This document shows, in pieces, positions 56,922 to 64,000 of a stretch of 64,000 bases of DNA. Each line of letters opens with the position of its first letter. Positions within the stretch are counted from its first letter, which is position 1. Source of the stretch: Octopus vulgaris. Taxonomy: Eukaryota. A model generated the notes under the pieces. The model was not told the origin of the DNA and searched no databases. It was given only the letters and a program-made list of their open reading frames with translations. The stretch is from the NCBI GenBank assembly GCA_951406725.2, contig OX597815.1, positions 31,806,001 through 31,870,000 on the forward strand. Reading direction: 5' to 3'. A program made the translations under genes and the position numbers.

Positions 56922-58124
56922 AACAAAAGTCTTCTGCCACTGATATTCTATTTTGCTGTACATCATCATCATCATCATCATCATCATCATTATCATTATC
57001 ATCATCATCGTTTTACATCCAATTTCTATGTTGATATGAGTTAGACAAGTCATCACAGTTGAACTCAGCATGTGTTGGAAGGTCTCATCTTACTTGAGTT
57101 TAATGTTTGACTTGGTTTCTATAACTGTATGCACTTCTTAACACCTGTTACTTTACAGAGTGTACCAGAAGCATTTTTTTCATGGCACTATTACTAGAGA
57201 GTTATCATCTCCCCAGCAAAGCTAAAAGGCCCTCACAGCCTCACACTTTAAATTGTGTATTCAGTTGTATTATTTTGTGACACCAGCATTTGAAAAGTAG
57301 TTGTTTTTCAACACAACTAAAGTAATCTGACAATCCTACATCTCTGCTTGCTAACCAGCCTCTTTAAACAGAATAAGATGTATACGTGATAAAGGCTTGA
57401 ATGATAATGTTAAGAGGGATGTGTTATAGAGGATGATAGGAATACTCAATATTATGAGACAAGTACTTCATTCAAGACAGAGTGACTGAGATGGGCGGCA
57501 ATGTCTGTGACTCAGGAGTGGATGATGACTGAGGTCCAGGACATGTGAGAGGAAAGGAGCAAGAGTATGGCTTACAGAGTAACATGAGATGACAATAGGC
57601 AGTACTGGTGGGGAGGGTGAAAAAGGAGTGTAAGTGGTCTATTCATCATCATCATCATCTTCATCATCATCATCATCATTTAATGTCTATTTTCTATGCT
57701 GGCATGGTTTGGACAGTTTAAGTAGAGCTGGTAAGGCTCCATTGTCTGTTCTGGCATGGTTTCTATGGCTGGATGCTCTTCCTAATGCCAACCACTCCAC
57801 AGAGTGTACTAGGTGCTTCTTATGGGGTACCAGTGCCAATACTGCTGTGGTAGACAGGTCTACTTGAGTATCCAATAAATATAGGATACGCCACTGTAAA
57901 TATCAGAGACTTCATACCTAATGATGAGTATTATTAGGTAGTCTTTGTCATACATGTAATACCTTATTGTTGATACTCTAACTCTACTGTAAACTATCAA
58001 TGACTTGGGTACCAAATGATATATCATTAGGAATCAAAGTATTCTGTCAAACATCTAAGACCTGGCTGTTGATATTATACTCCAAAATACAGTATTGGTT
58101 AATTTGATAAATAAATAAATAAAT

Positions 58125-58372
58125 GCACCCTTTTGAAGCCTAGCCAGGCTCATGGGCCTGGTTTCCTGGTTTCTATGGCGTATGTGTTCCCCAGCTGGAT
58201 GGGACGCCAGTCCACCGCAGTGTTACTCATTTTTGCCAGCTGAGTGGATAGGAGCAATGTGAAATGAAGTGTTTTGCTCAAGAACACAATGCGTTGCCCG
58301 GTTCAGGAATTGAACCCACAATCTTACGATCATGAAGCTGACACCCTAACCACTAAGCCATGCACCTCCTCG
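58125..58372 (-). mobile_element. tRNA-derived SINE
   Basis: Minus-strand head gaggtgcatggcttagtggttaggg...ggttcaattcctga, (TTTA)n tail. Confidence 0.8.
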
Positions 58373-58440
58373 GTTAATTTGATACCTAAAGATATTATTG
58401 CTATAAAGTATATGATAAAATAAGAGTAATTATAACAGTA

Positions 58441-59073
58441 CATCATCATCATCTTCATCATCATCATCATTTAACATCCATTGTCTATGCTGGCATGGGT
58501 TGGATGGTTTGACTAGAGCTAGTAAGCTGAGGGGCTGCACCAGACTCCTATCTGATTTGGTTTGGTTTCTAAGGCTGGATACCCTTCCTAATGTCAACCA
58601 CTTCAAGAGTGTAATGGATGCCAGTTATGTGACACCAGTATCTGTCATGACTACACTTTTACTCAGCTTGATGGATCTTCCTTCTCAAACATAGCATATT
58701 ACCAAAGGTCTCATCATTTGTCATTGCCTCCATGAGGTCCAGAACTCAAAAGGTGCCTTTTACATGCCACCAGCACGGTTGCTAGTTCTACAATACCAGC
58801 ATCAACCACATTGCCTCTGTGAAGCCCAACACTCAAAAGTTGCTTTTTATGTGCCACCCACATGGTTGCCTCTTATGTGACACTGACAACAGCCACAACT
58901 ATGATTTCATTTTGCTTGACGGGTCTTTGCAGGCATGACATATTGCCAAATGCCTTGATCACAAATCATTGCCTCCATGAGGCCCAGCATTTGAAGATCA
59001 TACTTCACCATCTCATCCCATGTCTTCCTGGGTCTACCTCTTCCACAGGAAGACATGGGATGAGGTGGTGAAG
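58441..59073 (-). mobile_element. 5'-truncated RTE LINE (ORF end, repeat-containing 3' UTR, (GAT)n tail) with a foldback at its truncated end
   Basis: Minus-strand CGRGRPRKTWDEMVKYDLQMLGL...KTRQAK* is continuous with family C sequence. Confidence 0.8.
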
Positions 59074-59980
59074 CATATGTACTTTTAATAGCTACAATGA
59101 CTCTATCAAAATATAATTGGTTTAGCCCCCAATTCATGAAAGCATGTCAGATTCTTTGCTAAACAAGCACAACTCAACAATGTACATCACTGATTTTGAT
59201 GAAAGTATCTTGTTGAAACTGAGGTACCTTGAAACACTATGTTTCTTTTTTATTTACAATCACACATTTCTCTTGGCTTACTAACAATTACATAGAAATA
59301 ATTTGATAATTTTAGAATATTTTTATTCCTTGTACATTATATTTATTTTATTTGTAAACTAGCTTAAAAATCACACTCCACGTGGACTTCTAATCTACCT
59401 CCTGCAGAGGGCTAATTGGGTCTGCGACCCAAAACTGAGGAGAGCTAAATAGCATGACTATAATACGTCTGTAATGACTATATCCCCCAGTGGTGTTTGA
59501 TCAGAGGTTAAGGATGGATGAGAATTAATTCTGTAATGTAATGATTCTATTGTTCCAGTCCTAAGTTGAATTCCAACAGTTGGCCACTTTGTCTCAAAGT
59601 TCTTATCTCGATGTAAAATTAATGAAGCAAATGTCATTTATCTATCCCTTGATTTCTGACGTCATCTGACTAACGCCAGCCAAGATGGCATGAATCAGCC
59701 AAGCTGTACCTGCTAGAAATAGCACCCAAACGCTTTTAAATAAGATCCCAATGTTGGATGTTTGAGAACCAAATGAAGGGCAGATTTTCAATCCTGGGTT
59801 CATCCTAATTCCAAAAAGCTATAATATGTCTATGCAGAGCAAGTGTAGATGGAGATACAGGGGTCCCTGACAGACAGAGTTTCATGTTTATTATTAAAGA
59901 AGTCATGTCTATGTTTCTGTTGCTAATATTTTCTTTAAAGTTACATATTTTATTTTATTTTATTTTATTTTTATTTGCAG

Positions 59981-60190
59981 CTGGTGTTGACTATATCACA
60001 GTTGATAAAGTGCTCACCTTCCCACCAGGTGTCACTTATCAGAAAGTGCAGGTGACAATTTTAGATGACAAAGGCAAGCCATTGGTCGAGGGAATGGAAG
60101 CATTTGAATTATCTCTCTACATGCCGATGGGTGCCATTCTTGGAGACCCAAGCTCTTCAATAATATCTATAAACGATTCCATTTCAGACT
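59981..60190 (+). CDS. FREM2: FREM2-like exon (Calx-beta 3, end)
   Basis: tttgcag acceptor, gtaagt donor, 210 nt. (S)GVDYITVDKVLTFPPGVTYQKVQVTILDDKGKPLVEGMEAFELSLYMPMGAILGDPSSSIISINDSISD. Confidence 0.96.
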
Positions 60191-60485
60191 GTAAGTAACA
60201 TTTTGTTCAGTTACCTTGGTTAACAAGTGTAAAATTAACATATATTTTTAATAACTCTATACATTTTCATTCCTTTGTTAATCTGGAAAGGAGGAAGCAT
60301 GCCCACAACTGCTTCAATATTTTATTAAAAGTAAATACTAAATTCAGTTGTAAGAATACTACAAACTATCAAGTATGTCCTTATCATGGCATATGATTTA
60401 TCTGGACTTACTCCTACTCTGTAATCAAAGAATCTCCAACTCTAATTAAATCATTTCATAGTTTCTGCTTTTGTATACTTTAGAT

Positions 60486-60738
60486 TGGTAGTTCTCAACC
60501 ATTTTTTACCTTAGGACCCCCTTGATTTTATTTTACTTGGGGAAACCCTCATAGCCATTCAATGTTTTAAAAAAGTCCCATTATATTTTTAGAATTAAGT
60601 ATTATTAGGAATTGTATTAAAAAGATTGATAAAATGTTTTGTGTATTGTAGAAGTATATCCAATTTATTTTACATAAACCTTAACAAAATCTTATATGGA
60701 CCCCTAAGGGCCATATGGACCTTGGTTGAGAACCACTG
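60486..60738. mobile_element. hAT (Charlie/MER5-like) MITE
   Basis: TIRs tggtagttctcaacc / ggttgagaaccactg, with a perfect 8-bp TSD CTTTAGAT at 60478-60485 and 60739-60746. Confidence 0.9.
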
Positions 60739-61438
60739 CTTTAGATTGTTATCGGATGCCATAATGGTTGATGGTGAAATAGTCTACAACCATATTTGGT
60801 CAGAAGTATCACATTTATTTACCATTAATATAGAGATTCATTAGACCCAAGCACTTCTTCTTTGAGCAGACTAATAACCAGTGACATTCAAGATATGATC
60901 ATTACATCTATATTTCAGGCACAGGATTTGTAGGAATGTCACTTTCATTATTTAAAACAGGGGATTATGATTTATGGGATACATGACTGCTATTTCTAAC
61001 AGTTTTAGGTGGATGAAATAAGTGCCAGCAGCACATTGAAATCGATTCAGTAGACTACTTCATTCAATAGGCAGAAAGTTTATCATATTGAAAATTCTAC
61101 CTATTGAAAAGAATTCCTGAAACAAGCATCAAAGCTCCAAATGGCTTGAGTCATTCAGAGCTTTGACAGCTTTTTGTAATCTTTGTAGATTCTCTTAGGA
61201 ACAGTATGGACATCACACCATCTCATTTCTTCTTTTATTAATTAATGACACCCTACTTAAATGAGAAATAAATTTTCCTGAAAATAAAAGTTAAATAAAA
61301 GTTGTAGAAATCATTGTGGTAACAAAATGACTATAAACTTTTATTACTTATAACTTTTTGTTTAAAAATTAAAAAATTCATCTTTTGTTTAAAGATTAAC
61401 AGTTATTTCATCTTGATATGTCTTTCTTTTCTTTTCAG

Positions 61439-61636
61439 TACCCACAATGCAATTCAAACAGGCAGAAATAATTGTTGATGAAAATGAAAACATTGTAACT
61501 GCCTCAATTATTCGCAGTGGGGATATTAGTCACGCCTCAACAATCCGATGTTACACACGACAAGGAACAGCACTTATGATGATGGATTTTTATGAAAGAC
61601 CCAACAGTAATGTCTCAATTATAAAATTCGAGTCAG
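61439..61636 (+). CDS. FREM2: FREM2-like exon (Calx-beta 4, start); gene continues beyond the window
   Basis: ttttcag acceptor, gtaagc donor, 198 nt. (L)PTMQFKQAEIIVDENENIVTASIIRSGDISHASTIRCYTRQGTALMMMDFYERPNSNVSIIKFES(G) contains the FREM2-like RCYTRQG.A..MMDF.ERPN. Confidence 0.96.
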
Positions 61637-62001
61637 GTAAGCTTGTTTGAAGTCAATCTTTTCTGAACTTATAAATTGTTCAAACAGTTATGCAAATCAC
61701 AAGGAAGTTGTATTCTGTGGAGAAAACTGATCAAATAATGGGTCTGCTGGTATTTAGATGATGACCAACTCATCTTTACAGTCAAGAAATTTGGGTGTAC
61801 CCTTGTCTTGACATCAGGTGAATATTGTAAACAAATCTCACCATCATGCAAGTGATTGTGTTTAATTTCCAGTCTTCTGTGAAAAGCATTACTGGCTATG
61901 GGGAAATATTACCTTGCTTTGTAACAGGTGAGGGTGCTCAGAAAGGGTCTCAACAAATTTTGTCCCCAACTCATGCAAGCATGGGAAAGTGGACATAAAT
62001 G

Positions 62002-62161
<160 letters not shown>

Positions 62162-62244
62162 TATATATATATATATATACATACATATATATATATATAT
62201 ATACATACATACATACATATATATATATATACATACATATATAT

Positions 62245-62286
<42 letters not shown>

Positions 62287-62402
62287 ATATATACATATAT
62301 ATATACGCGTGTGTGTGTATATATATGTATGTATATACACACATACACACACACACATATTTATACATAACACACTCATACACATACATTTCTGTAGTTT
62401 GT

Positions 62403-62434
<32 letters not shown>

Positions 62435-62789
62435 ATTTGTAAACAACTTGCAAATGCAAGTGCTACCAGTTGAAAGCTCCACATATCAGATGCTAGCAAG
62501 CTCATGGGATCATCAGGAGAGAATGCACTCCATTTCAGGGCCTTCCTCTCAACTGCACTATTGCACATTGGCTCCACCTAACTGAAATGTGACCTGCTTG
62601 CCAGATCAACTGGTTACTCGGTTTCAGTCCATATCCTTCTAGCCATTGTTCATTGTCTTTTTTTAACCAAATCCAGTGGCTTGCCTTTCTCTACTGTAAT
62701 CTGGATGTCACTCATAATGGTATTGGCTTTATGATCAATTAGGCCGAGTGACAACAACGATTGCCTCACACTCTTTCCAATGGTATTTC

Positions 62790-63530
62790 ATTTATTGTTT
62801 TACACATTTCAGTCATTTGACTGTGGCCATACTGGGGCACCACCTTAAAGGGTTTTAGTCGAAGAAATCAACCCCAGGACTTATTTTTTGTAAGCCTAGT
62901 ACTTATTCTATTGTTCTCTTTTGCTGAACCACTAAGTTACTGGGGCATAAACACACCAGTATCAGTTGTCAAGCGATAGTTATGGGGTGACAACCACAGA
63001 CACACATACATAAATATATACAGAAATATATAATGGACTCTCACATCATTAGCCAACGTATGAGGGTTTGACAATTTTTCACCAAAGATCCACACAGGTG
63101 ATTTATGTATAGTAATCAGATGTTTGTGTGAACATAAGCTCCCTCTCTCCATCAAATCAACATTACCTGTACAGGTGCAACAGGTGCCACATGTCAGAGG
63201 ACGAAATGATCCCAGAGCAACATGAAATGAAGCACTTTGCTCAAGAACACAATGCAATGCCCAGCCTGGGAATCAAACCCACGAGCTCGCAATCGTGAGT
63301 GCAACACCTTAACCACAGAGCTATGCACCTACACGCATACGCACAGCCACATACACACACACACACATATGATGGGCTTCTTTCAGTTTCTGTCTACCAA
63401 ATCCACTCACAAGATTTTGGTTGGCCAGAGGCTATAGGAGAAGACACCTGCCCAAGGTGTCACACTGTGGGACTGAACTCAGAACCATATGGTTGGGAAG
63501 TAAACTTATTACCACACAGCCATGCCTGTA
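62790..63530 (-). mobile_element. SINE A interrupted by another tRNA-SINE (about 63040-63330)
   Basis: Tail half 62790-63010 and head half 63370-63530. The insert has its own tRNA head on the minus strand. Confidence 0.75.
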
Positions 63531-64000
63531 TACATTTGTTGTTTAATTATACGTTAGACCCAGCCAAGCAGACCTATGATCAAAACATTTTGGCTATAAC
63601 CATTCCGTATGTTGTTTATGTCTAGTACTATATTATGAAATGTCTCCCTTCTTTATAGAGATAGCAGGGATTTATTTGAGAGATTTGACTTATATTTCTC
63701 ACAGGTCTGCAGGTCTGGCAGCTAAACAATGTCTTCTTTATTAGCTCAGACAAGTATACACACACACACACACACATATATATGTATATATATATATATA
63801 TATCATCATCATCATCATCATCGTTTAACGTCCATTTTCTACGCTAGCATATATATATATATATATACATACACATGCATACATACATACATATGTATAT
63901 ATGTTGCCGGTGGTGGAATGAAATTGGCGAATGTTTTCTAAGTTAATTCTACCAAGATTTAAATAGGAAACAATGAGACAGGCAACCAAATTACTATTAA

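Overview
AT-rich, microsatellite- and SINE-dense animal DNA. The repeat families and composition point to a coleoid cephalopod, probably Octopus (inference). The window holds one + strand gene: eight GT-AG exons (18063-61636, all phase 1-1, 1311 nt, one open frame) encoding tandem Calx-beta domains of a FREM2/FREM3/ECM3-type matrix protein that continues past the right edge. Two things are not explained by the ORF track or the repeats. (1) An in-frame, ATG-initiated, signal-peptide-like exon at 17083-17224 splices in phase onto the first Calx-beta exon, predicting a secreted form without the CSPG repeats. (2) Several non-repetitive intronic stem-loops (24271-24399, 25965-26099, 46815-47015, 59491-59678) have non-Watson-Crick pairs that are almost all G-U on the sense strand, suggesting structured intronic RNAs. 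The rest is a nested TE landscape: tRNA-derived SINEs, RTE LINE 3' ends, a dead DDD-type Tc1/mariner element, TA-, TTAA- and 8-bp-TSD MITEs, a non-autonomous Helitron and Penelope-like remnants. Most ORF-track entries are microsatellite artefacts. All pairings and counts were done by eye.
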